This document shows, piece after piece, positions 9,113 to 19,017 of a stretch of DNA of 64,000 nt. The position numbers and the translations under genes were made by a program. Numbering within the stretch: the first letter of the stretch is position 1; every line of letters begins with the position of its first letter. Under the pieces are notes generated by a model that was not told the DNA's origin, made no database searches, and was given only the letters and a program-made list of their open reading frames with translations. The stretch comes from Candidatus Nanopelagicaceae bacterium (GTDB lineage Bacteria; Actinomycetota; Actinomycetes; Nanopelagicales; Nanopelagicaceae): positions 22,540 through 86,539 of the forward strand of contig DATKUB010000057.1 in assembly GCA_035530875.1 (NCBI GenBank). The letters run 5' to 3'.

Positions 9113-10209
9113 CTCATCAACTTTTTTCGAACGTTGGCGATTGCTACTGGTATCAATTCACAGAATCGATCGATATCTTGACCAGAGACAAAGTGCGGCA
9201 AAGTTACGCGAATATTTCCGTGTGTTAGAGCGCCCATGGCCGCAAGAACATGACTTGGTTGAAGTTGATCAGAGGTGCAAGCAGATCCGGATCCAACGAC
9301 AAACCCCTCGCGGGCAAATTCCTCGACCAGGCTTTCACCATCGCAGTAGAGTGCAGAGAAGGTGACAATGTTTGGGACACGTTCTATCGCGTCCCCGACG
9401 ACCTCCACATCTGCAACTTTGGCTGCCACAAGCCGGATTTGGTCGACGAATTTTCGATTTCGATCTCCCTCCGTCTGCTCATCTGCTTGCCATGCCTCCA
9501 GCGCCGCGGCTGCTGCCAGAGCTAAGGGGATCGATGAGGTGCCGACCTCACGCTGCTCTCGGCTGCTGGCCCATGGGAATCGCCAGCGAGCTCCGGTTCG
9601 GATTGCGTAAACACCTACCCCAGCCGGTCCAGACCAACTACGCGCATCGGCGCTGGCGTAACTCCAATTACCGGGAAGATTGATCCGCCCGGCACCTGCG
9701 CCTAGATCGATATGGAGCGGCACCTGGCACTTTTCAGCTAGATCAGCCACGTTGTCCAGGGGTTGGCGAGTGCCAACCTCGCCATTGGCAGCCTGCAAGC
9801 TCACTACGCCGGTGCCTGGCAGAAGTGCCGCTTCTAGTTCGTCCAGATTAACTGAGCCTGATCGATCCACCGAGATTTGGACTGAGTCTGGCCTGCTAGC
9901 TGCGATCGCAAGAATTTCGGATCTCTCAACCCGACTGGTCACGAAGCGGCCGCCGCGGCTTGCCAGGGCTCCTTCCAGCGCCAGAACCGGCGCCAAGGCG
10001 CTCTCTCCGACCAAGTAGATCTCATCCGGCCTAACCCCTAAATTGGCTGCCAAACTATCTTTTGCCCCGGTCAACAAGGTTCTGGCCCTTGCTGCATCCC
10101 GCCCAATTCGCTGCGGGTCAGCCCAGCCAGAATCGAATGCAGCGAGCAATATTTCGCGGGCTTCTGGGTGCAGGGGCTGGTCCGAGTCGAATCGAGTCTC
10201 GGGTCTCAT
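9109..10209 (-). CDS. Class V aminotransferase / cysteine desulfurase-like protein (PLP lysine apparently missing)
   Basis: ORF 9109..10305; the likely start is the ATG at 10209 or 10230. An IscS/NifS-like C-terminal loop GSGSACTSDQLQPSHVLAAMG is present. The SGHK motif position reads ADARSWSGP. Confidence 0.7.
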   Translation of the reverse strand: MRPETRFDSDQPLHPEAREILLAAFDSGWADPQRIGRDAARARTLLTGAKDSLAANLGVRPDEIYLVGESALAPVLALEGALASRGGRFVTSRVERSEILAIAASRPDSVQISVDRSGSVNLDELEAALLPGTGVVSLQAANGEVGTRQPLDNVADLAEKCQVPLHIDLGAGAGRINLPGNWSYASADARSWSGPAGVGVYAIRTGARWRFPWASSREQREVGTSSIPLALAAAAALEAWQADEQTEGDRNRKFVDQIRLVAAKVADVEVVGDAIERVPNIVTFSALYCDGESLVEEFAREGFVVGSGSACTSDQLQPSHVLAAMGALTHGNIRVTLPHFVSGQDIDRFCELIPVAIANVRKKLMR

Positions 10210-10241
10210 AGTCCGGACGCTACTAGGCATTTCCAGCCGAT

Positions 10242-11054
10242 GTGCCAGGAATGGGACGCAAGCCGGTAGATCTCCACTATTCTTCCGAGGTGCCAAGTCG
10301 TTCAAAATCCCGCCGCCCAGCCTTAATCAGCTCGCTCGCTGTCCTTCTGGTGCTCGCACTCAGTGGCTGTTCGGCCGCCTCTTTGCCGCGATTAGGACTG
10401 CCCGCTCCAGCCACCAAAGAGGGACACATCTCTGTTGCCTTGTGGCAAGGGGCCTGGATTGCCGCCTTAGCAGTCGGTGCTCTCGTGTGGGGCTTGATCA
10501 TTTGGGCGATCATCTTCCACCGCCGCCGCGGCGATCACATTCCAGCCCAGACCAAGTACAACGTGCCCATCGAAGTTCTTTACACAGTGATCCCTTTTTT
10601 AATCGTTGCAGTCCTCTTCTTCTTCACTGCCCGTGACGAAACAAAACTGACAGCGATTAGCAGTAACTCGAGTGCGGTCCACATCATTCACGTAAATGGA
10701 ATGCGTTGGTCTTGGCAGTTCACCTATGAAGATCTACCTCCGTCCACGACCGTGACCGGTACGCCTGACCAGCCGCCGACTCTCTATCTGCCGCTCAATG
10801 AGAAGGTTCGATTCGTAATCACGACGTCCGATGTGAACCATTCATTCTGGGTTCCAGCGTTCATCATGAAGATGGATGCGATCGCCGGTCGCACAAATCA
10901 GTTTGAGGTAACGCCAGACAAGCTTGGAGTGTATGCAGGAAAGTGTGCCGAACTCTGCGGCCGGGATCACTCGCGAATGCTATTTAACGTGGCGGTTGTG
11001 CCTGCCTCAGATTATGAACAGAGACTTGCAGCAATGAAGGGAAGTGCAGCATGA
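10242..11054 (+). CDS. ctaC: Cytochrome c oxidase subunit II
   Basis: Lipobox LALSGC, two TM helices and the CuA site HSFWVP...[12 protein letters not shown]. The start is either GTG 10242 or ATG 10251. Confidence 0.9.
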   Translation: MPGMGRKPVDLHYSSEVPSRSKSRRPALISSLAVLLVLALSGCSAASLPRLGLPAPATKEGHISVALWQGAWIAALAVGALVWGLIIWAIIFHRRRGDHIPAQTKYNVPIEVLYTVIPFLIVAVLFFFTARDETKLTAISSNSSAVHIIHVNGMRWSWQFTYEDLPPSTTVTGTPDQPPTLYLPLNEKVRFVITTSDVNHSFWVPAFIMKMDAIAGRTNQFEVTPDKLGVYAGKCAELCGRDHSRMLFNVAVVPASDYEQRLAAMKGSAA

Positions 11055-12757
11055 CGACCCTTGCTCAGCCCCCAGTGACCTCGGCAGGTCAACCGCAACG
11101 CGAGCCGCGCGGGCGATTGATCATCAAGATGCTGACCACGACCGATCACAAAATGATCGGCTACATGTACCTAGTTACCACTTTCATCTGGTTCCTAATC
11201 GGTGGCGTACTGGCGCTTCTTCTCAGATCTGAATTGGCCCGCCCAGGTCTGCAGTTCTTTAGCAATGATCAGTACAACCAAATTTTTACAATGCACGGCA
11301 CGATCATGCTGTTGATGTTTGCAACTCCGCTATTCGTCGGGTTCGCAAACGTCATCATGCCGCTCCAAATCGGCGCAGCTGACGTTGCTTTCCCGCGCAT
11401 GAACATGCTGAGCTACTGGCTCTACCTATTCGGTGGAATCATGGCTTTCTCTGGTTTCCTCACTCCTGGCGGTGCGGCTTCGTTTGGCTGGACCGCTTAC
11501 GCGCCGCTGGCCAATTCAACATATTCGCCGGGGCTCGGCGGAGACCTGTGGGTGGTGGGACTTGCGATCGGAGGCATCGGGACCATTCTTGGTGGCGTCA
11601 ACTTCATTACGACTATCGTCGTAATGCGAGCGCCGGGCATGACCATGTTCCGGATGTCGATCTTCACGTGGAACGTTCTACTCACGTCGATCCTGGTCCT
11701 GCTGGCCTTCCCGCCGCTAGCTGCGGCACTCCTTGGCCTCGAGGCGGATCGCAGGTTTGGCGCCCACATATTTGATCCGGCCAATGGCGGCGCCATGCTC
11801 TGGCAACACCTCTTCTGGTTTTTTGGACATCCCGAGGTCTACATTTTGGCGTTGCCATTCTTCGGAATCGCAACCGAGATTTTGCCGGTGTTTAGCCGGA
11901 AGCCGATCTTTGGCTACAAGGGCCTAGTAGCGGCGACGATTTCGATCTCGGCACTCTCGGTTGCGGTCTGGGCACACCACATGTTCGTAACAGGCGCGGT
12001 TCTGTTGCCGTTTTTCTCTTTCATGACCTTCCTCATTGGTGTTCCGACGGGCGTAAAGTTCTTCAACTGGGTCGGAACGATCTGGCGCGGGTCACTCTCT
12101 TTCGAAACACCAATGCTCTGGGTCATGGGCTTCCTGGTTACCTTCTTGTTCGGTGGATTAACCGGAATAATTCTGGCCAGCCCGCCGCTGGATTTCCAGG
12201 TGTCAGACACTTACTTTGTTGTAGCTCACTTCCATTACGTGCTCTTTGGCACTGTCGTGTTCACGATGTTCGGCGGCTTCTACTTCTGGTGGCCGAAGAT
12301 GACCGGGCGGATGTTGAACGAGCGTTTGGGCAAGATTCACTTCTGGACACTGTTTATCGGTTTCCACCTGACCTTCTTGGTGCAGCACTGGCTCGGCGCA
12401 ATGGGCATGCCCAGACGTTACGCGGACTACCTGCCTAACGAAGGGTTCACAACCCTGAACACAATCTCAACGATCGGCGCATTCTTACTGGCACTTTCAA
12501 CAATGCCTTTCCTCTGGAATGTCTGGATCACTCGTAAATCTCCAATGGTTGGTGTCGACGACCCATGGGGCTATGGAGCTTCGCTCGAATGGGCCACTTC
12601 CTGCCCACCACCGCGGCACAACTTCACTCAGATACCGAGAATTCGTAGTGAGCGACCCGCCTTCGATCTTCATTACCCGCATCTAGCGGCAGTTGGCGCT
12701 CATGAGGACACAGATCTAGTAACGCCTACGGCACCAGCCGCGGGGGAGATCAAATGA
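11051..12757 (+). CDS. ctaD: Cytochrome c oxidase subunit I
   Basis: 568 aa with heme-copper oxidase motifs ([22 protein letters not shown]). ATGA overlap with ctaC. Confidence 0.95.
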   Translation: MTTLAQPPVTSAGQPQREPRGRLIIKMLTTTDHKMIGYMYLVTTFIWFLIGGVLALLLRSELARPGLQFFSNDQYNQIFTMHGTIMLLMFATPLFVGFANVIMPLQIGAADVAFPRMNMLSYWLYLFGGIMAFSGFLTPGGAASFGWTAYAPLANSTYSPGLGGDLWVVGLAIGGIGTILGGVNFITTIVVMRAPGMTMFRMSIFTWNVLLTSILVLLAFPPLAAALLGLEADRRFGAHIFDPANGGAMLWQHLFWFFGHPEVYILALPFFGIATEILPVFSRKPIFGYKGLVAATISISALSVAVWAHHMFVTGAVLLPFFSFMTFLIGVPTGVKFFNWVGTIWRGSLSFETPMLWVMGFLVTFLFGGLTGIILASPPLDFQVSDTYFVVAHFHYVLFGTVVFTMFGGFYFWWPKMTGRMLNERLGKIHFWTLFIGFHLTFLVQHWLGAMGMPRRYADYLPNEGFTTLNTISTIGAFLLALSTMPFLWNVWITRKSPMVGVDDPWGYGASLEWATSCPPPRHNFTQIPRIRSERPAFDLHYPHLAAVGAHEDTDLVTPTAPAAGEIK

Positions 12758-13152
12758 AATTCATCTGGAAAATGTTCGCAGGCGTCGCCGTTTTCTACGC
12801 AATTGTTGCCGTTGTCTACTATCGGCTCTCTCATGAGATCGTGGGGAGTGCCGCGCTGACCCTCAGCACTGGACTGGCAGCTCTTATCGCCTTCTACTTC
12901 TGGTACACCAGCAAGCGAGTCGGCCCGCAGCCTCAAGACAATGATGAGGGCGAAATCCACGAAGGCGCCGGCGAACTCGGGTTCTTCTCGCCCTACTCCT
13001 GGTGGCCGCTGGCAGTGGCTTCGACCACGATCATCGTGGGGCTGGGTCTCATTCTGGGTTGGTGGCTCACGGCTATCGGCGCCGGGCTACTGGTCGCCTC
13101 AATAATTGGATTCACCTTCGAGTATTCCAGGCCAGGAGTTGGGCCGCACTAG
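12754..13152 (+). CDS. ctaF: Actinobacterial cytochrome c oxidase subunit IV
   Basis: 132 aa with four TM helices. A 4-nt overlap with ctaD. The position is equivalent to Rv2199c. Confidence 0.8.
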   Translation: MKFIWKMFAGVAVFYAIVAVVYYRLSHEIVGSAALTLSTGLAALIAFYFWYTSKRVGPQPQDNDEGEIHEGAGELGFFSPYSWWPLAVASTTIIVGLGLILGWWLTAIGAGLLVASIIGFTFEYSRPGVGPH

Positions 13153-13191
13153 TTTTTGCACTGGCTTTCCGGCGGAATCTCTACCCGATTT

Positions 13192-15669
13192 CTACGATTT
13201 CACTCGCTCACTCTTCGGGTCGTAGAAGGGTGCCAGCGACACGACGGCAGGTACTCGCTCACAAGCTACTTCAATTTCGTACTCGCCCGTGAGGATAAAG
13301 TTTCGATCAGCGAGTCCCACTGCATTTTCCACATAGCCCATGCCGAGGGGTGCATCTACTGAGTGTCCATACATTCCAGAGGTAATCCGTCCGACCATGA
13401 CGTCATTACGCCAGATTGGCTCGTTGTGATACAGCAACTTCTCGTTGTCAGTTAGGCGAAATTGAGCAAGTCGGCGTTTTGGTCCGGACTCACGTTCCTG
13501 GATTAGCGCCTCGCGGCCGATGAACCCCCCGGGCTTGTCCCAGGCCACCGCGAATCCAAGGCCTGCTTCAATTGGATTGTCATCGGGGGAGATGTCGTGG
13601 CCCCAATGGCGGTAGCCCTTCTCCATTCGAAGTGAGTTCAGTGCGTGATAGCCACATAGTTGCAAGTCGAAGTCGTGTCCGGCTTTTTCGATTTCGTCAA
13701 AGACGCCGGCTGCGAATTCGGTCGGGATGTAGAGCTCCCAGCCGAGTTCTCCTACGTAGGTAATGCGGCTCGCCCGGACTCGCGCGTAGGCCAGGTCGAC
13801 GATACGAGAGGTGCCGAATGGGAAAGACTCATTGGAGAGATTCTCATTCATCAGGCCGGTGAGCAGTGCCCTTGATTTGGGCCCCATGATGCTGAGCACG
13901 GACATGGCAGAGGTGACATCGGTGACGGTGCACCTGGAACTATCTGGAATGTGTTCACGAAGCCAGGCCAAATCCCGCACCTGGGTTGCAGCCGCGGTAA
14001 CCACCAGGTATCGGTCCTCGGCTTCGCGAGTTACGGTGAGGTCAGCCTCGATCGTACCTCTCTCATTTAGCCACTGCGTGTAAACGATCTTGCCGATAGG
14101 TACCGCGACATCGTTTGCGCACACTTGGTTGAGCACTGCCTCGGCGTCTACGCCTTGGACCAGGTACTTGCCGAACGAAGAGAGATCGAAGATGCCAACC
14201 CCTTCACGGACGCCCAGGTGTTCTGCTCTCGAATAAGGAAACCAGTTCTGTCTGCCATAACTGTATTCATAAGCCGGCTCAGTCCCATCGGGTGCAAACC
14301 AATTGGCGCGTTCCCAGCCGGCCATCTCCCCAAAGCAAGCTCCCCGCTCCGAGAGCCGATCGTGTAAAACTGAACGGCGCACGCCGCGGGCAGTCGCCGG
14401 TTGACGGTAGGGCCAGTGCATTGAATACAGGAGTCCCAGTGTTTCGACGGTTCGCTCGCGCAGGTAATTCGCATTGCCCTGGAAGGGCATTACGCGCCGA
14501 ACATCGACGTCCCACAGATCCATTGGTGGATAGCCATCGATAATCCAATCGGCTAGAACCTTGCCAGCGCCACCCGATGATTGAATTCCAATCGAGTTGA
14601 ACCCACAGGCCATAAAAAGATTTTTGAGTTCCGCTGACTCGCCCAGGAGATAACGATCATCCGGAGTGAACGACTCTGGACCATTGAAAAACAACCTAAT
14701 GCCCGCATCCGCAAGCAGCGGCATCCGATCTGTGGCCGCTTCGATCAATGGTGCGATGTGATCGTAATCGGCTGGCAGTGAATCGAAGCAGAATGAATCC
14801 GGGATACCGCTAGCACCCCCTGATTGCGGCATACCCCACGGCTTTGCCACCGGTTCAAAAAATCCAACCAGGAGTTTGCCGGCATCTTCCTTGAAGTAAC
14901 TGAAGTTGTCCTGATCGCGGAGCACCGGCATGGTGGGCGAGATTCCATCAATTGCCTCAGTCACGACGTAGAAGTGTTCGGCGGCGTGCAGGGGAACGCT
15001 CACCCCTACCTGGGCGCCAAGTTCGCGGCCCCACATTCCCGCCGCGTTGACCACTACGTCCGCATGGATTTTGTGAGTCTCACCATTAAGTGAATAAGCA
15101 ACGCCGATGGCGTGGCCATCCTTTACGAGGATTCGTTCAACTTTGGTATTTTCCCGGATCGTAACGCCGCGCGCTCGTGCGCCAGCGGCCAGCGCGCGGG
15201 TCGTATCCACGGGGTTTGTCACGCCATCACCAGGCAAATAAACGGCACCTACAAGGTCATCCACCCTCACGTTCTTAACTAGTTGCACAACTTCAGATGG
15301 CGTGATCACCTCAACCTCAAGGCCAAATACCCGCGCCATTGAGGCTTGACGCTTAAGCTCTTCAAAGCGCTCGAGATTGGCCGCAACACTTACCGACCCG
15401 CGCTGTTGGAACCCGGTTGCCTGACCCGTGTCTGCCTCCAAAGTCGCAAAAAGTTGCGTCGTGTACTGAGCGAGCTGAGTTAGGTTCTGAGTCGCACGGA
15501 GCTGCCCGACGAGCCCAGCTGCATGCCAGGTTGTCCCGCTAGTCAACTGCTGACGCTCAAGCAGAACAACATCCGACACCCCGCGCAACGCCAGGTGGTA
15601 GGCGATACTGCAGCCCACAATGCCGCCACCCACGATCACAATTCGGGTCCGACCAGGCAGGTCCATCAT
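13192..15669 (-). CDS. Dimethylglycine oxidase / sarcosine dehydrogenase-type FAD oxidoreductase with GcvT-like folate domain (paralog 1)
   Basis: The 902-aa track ORF is trimmed to the ATG at 15669 (GGAG SD 6 nt upstream; MMDLPGRTRIVIVGGGIVGCS). GTTWHAAGL covalent-FAD histidine motif and a C-terminal aminomethyltransferase fold (YVGELGWELY). Confidence 0.85.
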   Translation of the reverse strand: MMDLPGRTRIVIVGGGIVGCSIAYHLALRGVSDVVLLERQQLTSGTTWHAAGLVGQLRATQNLTQLAQYTTQLFATLEADTGQATGFQQRGSVSVAANLERFEELKRQASMARVFGLEVEVITPSEVVQLVKNVRVDDLVGAVYLPGDGVTNPVDTTRALAAGARARGVTIRENTKVERILVKDGHAIGVAYSLNGETHKIHADVVVNAAGMWGRELGAQVGVSVPLHAAEHFYVVTEAIDGISPTMPVLRDQDNFSYFKEDAGKLLVGFFEPVAKPWGMPQSGGASGIPDSFCFDSLPADYDHIAPLIEAATDRMPLLADAGIRLFFNGPESFTPDDRYLLGESAELKNLFMACGFNSIGIQSSGGAGKVLADWIIDGYPPMDLWDVDVRRVMPFQGNANYLRERTVETLGLLYSMHWPYRQPATARGVRRSVLHDRLSERGACFGEMAGWERANWFAPDGTEPAYEYSYGRQNWFPYSRAEHLGVREGVGIFDLSSFGKYLVQGVDAEAVLNQVCANDVAVPIGKIVYTQWLNERGTIEADLTVTREAEDRYLVVTAAATQVRDLAWLREHIPDSSRCTVTDVTSAMSVLSIMGPKSRALLTGLMNENLSNESFPFGTSRIVDLAYARVRASRITYVGELGWELYIPTEFAAGVFDEIEKAGHDFDLQLCGYHALNSLRMEKGYRHWGHDISPDDNPIEAGLGFAVAWDKPGGFIGREALIQERESGPKRRLAQFRLTDNEKLLYHNEPIWRNDVMVGRITSGMYGHSVDAPLGMGYVENAVGLADRNFILTGEYEIEVACERVPAVVSLAPFYDPKSERVKS

Positions 15670-15685
15670 GCAGTCTCCATTCGGG

Positions 15686-16354
15686 TCAACTATTGAGAAG
15701 TTGGTTGTCGCGCGCATTCGCCCGGTGGGCGGCGCTCCGGATCGCCGCGAGGCGCGAACGCCGAGTGAGTAGCGAGCGCAGCACAAAATCAGCGATCTCG
15801 TCCGCCTCCGCATGATCTTCAGTCGAGCCCGTTGCCGAAGCGCGAATTGTTTCCAGGACGATTGCATTGACAATCCTGCATGCCAAAAGCGGATCCACAT
15901 CGTCGAAGTCGCCCTCGGACATTCCGCGACTAATCACCGACAGAAGGTGGGAGTCAAACCGGCGTAAGAGTTTTCTTCCCTCACTGAACTCCGGCAGTTC
16001 AAGCAGGTCCGTTTGATAGATCGCCCGCAAGTCAAAAGGCGTGGAGCGGTCGTACGCTACCTCCCATAAGAGGTAGCGGTAGAGCTCAATTGCGGGCCCT
16101 CCTCCAGCCGATCGCAACCGAATCAGCGCCTCGGCCCCATCGATCAGGTCACGTCTGATGAGTTCCTCGGCAATCGACTGCTTCGATGTGAAGTGCGCAT
16201 ACAGAGACGGTTGGCGGACGCCGACGGCACGGGCAATATCTCGAGTTGAAGTGCCGGCGAAACCGCGGGTGGCAAAAAGCCGAGATGCTTCGATAAGGAT
16301 TCGGTCTCGAGTGGGCCAGTCCTTTGAATGTCGAGATGAGGCGACGCCTGCCAT
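15686..16354 (-). CDS. TetR-family transcriptional regulator
   Basis: N-terminal HTH RILIEASRLFATRGFAGTSTRDIARAVGVRQPSLYAHF. It lies directly upstream of paralog 1 and is divergent from paralog 2. Confidence 0.85.
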   Translation of the reverse strand: MAGVASSRHSKDWPTRDRILIEASRLFATRGFAGTSTRDIARAVGVRQPSLYAHFTSKQSIAEELIRRDLIDGAEALIRLRSAGGGPAIELYRYLLWEVAYDRSTPFDLRAIYQTDLLELPEFSEGRKLLRRFDSHLLSVISRGMSEGDFDDVDPLLACRIVNAIVLETIRASATGSTEDHAEADEIADFVLRSLLTRRSRLAAIRSAAHRANARDNQLLNS

Positions 16355-16478
16355 ATCGGCACACTAGTACACCATTCGCGCCAATCAAACGATAGAGCAC
16401 CCATATCTATCTGGGTCAGTTTTGAAGTAACTCCTTAGCAGAAGAGTTATTGCGCTGGTTTGGAGTTGCTCAAATCCC

Positions 16479-16492
16479 CTATCATCTGATAG
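16479..16492. promoter_or_regulatory. Candidate TetR operator palindrome CTATCAtcTGATAG
   Basis: 6-bp inverted arms with a 2-nt spacer in the tetR / oxidase divergent intergenic region, about 15-30 nt upstream of the paralog-2 start. Confidence 0.3.
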
Positions 16493-16519
16493 TCAAGACT
16501 GTGCAGAATGGGGTATTTG

Positions 16520-19000
16520 ATGGCTGAGAACGCGACATCCACACAGGTTGGATTACCAGAGCGCGCGCAGGTGGTGATTATCGGTGGCGGCGTTACGGGC
16601 TGCAGCATTGCCTACCATCTAGCGCATCTTGGCTGGACCGATGTCGTAATTATTGAGCGGCACGCCTTGACTGCCGGAACCACCTGGCACGCGGCAGGCT
16701 TGATTACCTCAGCTGGCATGACGAATGAGACGTCACTTTTTTTGGCTCGTTATTCGAAAGACCTATACGAGCGCTTGGAACAGGAGACGGGCCTATCCAC
16801 CGGATTTCGCGCAGTGGGTCATCTCAACATTGCACGTACCCCAGAACGTTTGGAAGCCCTTAGAAGATCGTCGGCTTGGACGAGGGGATTCGGGGTTCCT
16901 GAACACGAGATCTCGACGGCTGAACTTGCCGACATGTGGCCGCTATTCGATGTTTCAGGCGTTCGCGCCGCTTTCTATGTGCCAGATGAAGGCCGGGCCG
17001 ATCCGGTTGGCGTTGCTACTTCCTTGGCTAGAGGAGCAAGCAATCTTGGCGTTGCCATTCTTGAAGGAATTTCGGCGACCGGAGTAGAAACGAAGAACGG
17101 TCGAGTCACGGCCGTAAATACCGATCAAGGTCGGATAGAGACCGAGATTGTCGTAAACGCGGCGGGCATGTGGGCCCGCGAGTTGGGTGCTCGGAATGGC
17201 GTGAACATTCCGTTACAGGCAGCGGAGCATTACTACCTGATTACCGACACCGTTCCAGGCATGTCTGCCGCCCTACCCGTGATAGAAGATCAAGACCGCT
17301 ATGCGTATTTTCGCCCAGAGGGTGATGGAATGCTGGTTGGACTTTTCGAGCCTCAAGGTGCCGCGTGGTCTTTGAATAGTGTTCCAACGGATTTTTCATT
17401 CGGCACTATCGCACCCGATTGGGAACGACTGGAGCCTTACCTTGAAACTGCCCTCAGCTGCATTCCATCGGTTGCAGAGCTTGGCGTGCGAACGCTTTTT
17501 TGTGGGCCTGAATCATTCACGCCAGACCTTCATCCACTCCTTGGCCCAGCGCCCGAGGTGGACGGGTACTTTGTGGCGGCCGGACTGAATTCGCTTGGAA
17601 TTTTGCAGGGCGGTGGCGTAGGAACCGTTATGGCGCATTGGATAGTTGATGGCTACCCGCCGGTTGATATCACCGGTTATGCCATTGATCGGGCTGCTGG
17701 ACATGAATCGTCGCGACGGTTCCGGGCCGAGAGAACCGTTGAACAACTCGGTGCCTCATTCGGGGATTCCGTGTGGCCAACCTGGAAACCGTCAACCGCA
17801 CGCGGGATCAGACGAACGCCTCTCCATGATCGGATGATCGCCGCCGGTGCCCACTTTGCAACTGCCGCGGGTTGGGAATTTGCGGAGTGGTTCGATCCAG
17901 ACGGAACTTTGCCGGCTCCACGCCAGACATTTGAGCGGCAAGAATTCTTTGGAGCAATTGAACGCGAGCATCAAGCCGTGCGCCAAGGCGTCGGAATCAT
18001 GGACATGAGCATGATGGCCAAAATTCGAGTGCAGGGGCCAGCCGCCACGGCGGTGCTAAACCGAGTATCGACGGCCAATATCGACCGGGAAATTGGGCGC
18101 CTGGTTTATACCCAATGGCTCAATTCCGCTGGTGGCATCGTCGCTGATGTAACTGTCACTCGTCTTGCCGACGATGATTACCTAGTGGTTGCCGGCGAAA
18201 TAATTCAGCGCCGGATCGAGCAACTGATCCGTTCCGAGAAACGTACGGGTGAATCAGTCTTTGTTTTCGATGCCACGTCAGCGACGGCACTGCTAACCGT
18301 TCAAGGCCCCAAGTCTCGTGAGTTGATCGGCCGTTTAACTGATGCAGACCTTTCTAACGAGGCGTTCCCTTATCTGTCTGCCCGCAAGATTCATGTTGGT
18401 TACGCGCCGGTGCTGGCGGCCAGGGTCACTTATCTCGGCGAACTTGGCTGGGAATTGCACGTACCAAATGAATATGCGACGGGGCTCTATGACGACCTGT
18501 TGGCAACGGGTGCGGATTTGGGGGTGCGCCCGGTCGGTCTCGGCGCGATGTCTAGTTTGCGGTTGGAGAAGGGATACCGGGATATGGGGATCGATATTGA
18601 TAGCACCGACAACCCAATTGAGGCCGGCCTTTCCTTCACCGTTGCCTGGGACAAGCCAGGCGGATTCGTTGGGCGCGAGGCGTTATTGGAAGCTAAGGCA
18701 GAGGGAACTCCAACTAACCGAATAGTGAGCGTGATCGTGCCCGATCCCACGGTGGACTTGTTCGGCAATGAGCCGGTAACTGTTGACGGTGAGTGGGTGG
18801 GATACGTTCGAGCTGCCGCCTTTGGGCACACGGTTGGGGGGTCTGTCGGGTTGGCGATCATCTCCCATGAAGGTGGCGTAACTCGTGATTGGCTTAGCGA
18901 GACCGATTTCAGAATTAGGACACCGCACGCAGATGTGCCCGCCACACTTCAGATCGGCGCGCCCTACGACCCGCAGCGCCTTCGAATTCTGGCCGAGTAG
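16520..19000 (+). CDS. Dimethylglycine oxidase / sarcosine dehydrogenase-type FAD oxidoreductase with GcvT-like folate domain (paralog 2)
   Basis: ORF 16508..19000 with ATGs at 16508 and 16520. VVIIGGGVTGCS, GTTWHAAGL and YLGELGWELHVP motifs. Its length is close to the 830-aa Arthrobacter dimethylglycine oxidase. Confidence 0.85.
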   Translation: MAENATSTQVGLPERAQVVIIGGGVTGCSIAYHLAHLGWTDVVIIERHALTAGTTWHAAGLITSAGMTNETSLFLARYSKDLYERLEQETGLSTGFRAVGHLNIARTPERLEALRRSSAWTRGFGVPEHEISTAELADMWPLFDVSGVRAAFYVPDEGRADPVGVATSLARGASNLGVAILEGISATGVETKNGRVTAVNTDQGRIETEIVVNAAGMWARELGARNGVNIPLQAAEHYYLITDTVPGMSAALPVIEDQDRYAYFRPEGDGMLVGLFEPQGAAWSLNSVPTDFSFGTIAPDWERLEPYLETALSCIPSVAELGVRTLFCGPESFTPDLHPLLGPAPEVDGYFVAAGLNSLGILQGGGVGTVMAHWIVDGYPPVDITGYAIDRAAGHESSRRFRAERTVEQLGASFGDSVWPTWKPSTARGIRRTPLHDRMIAAGAHFATAAGWEFAEWFDPDGTLPAPRQTFERQEFFGAIEREHQAVRQGVGIMDMSMMAKIRVQGPAATAVLNRVSTANIDREIGRLVYTQWLNSAGGIVADVTVTRLADDDYLVVAGEIIQRRIEQLIRSEKRTGESVFVFDATSATALLTVQGPKSRELIGRLTDADLSNEAFPYLSARKIHVGYAPVLAARVTYLGELGWELHVPNEYATGLYDDLLATGADLGVRPVGLGAMSSLRLEKGYRDMGIDIDSTDNPIEAGLSFTVAWDKPGGFVGREALLEAKAEGTPTNRIVSVIVPDPTVDLFGNEPVTVDGEWVGYVRAAAFGHTVGGSVGLAIISHEGGVTRDWLSETDFRIRTPHADVPATLQIGAPYDPQRLRILAE

Positions 19001-19017
19001 TCACTGGAGGGAATCAG

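Noticed and set aside
15670-15900. An N-terminal 77-aa extension of the 902-aa oxidase ORF, overlapping the TetR gene 3' end.
   Set aside because: The extension is Arg-rich with no homology. A GGAG-preceded ATG at 15669 yields the canonical FAD-binding N-terminus, and the extension would overlap the tetR coding region.
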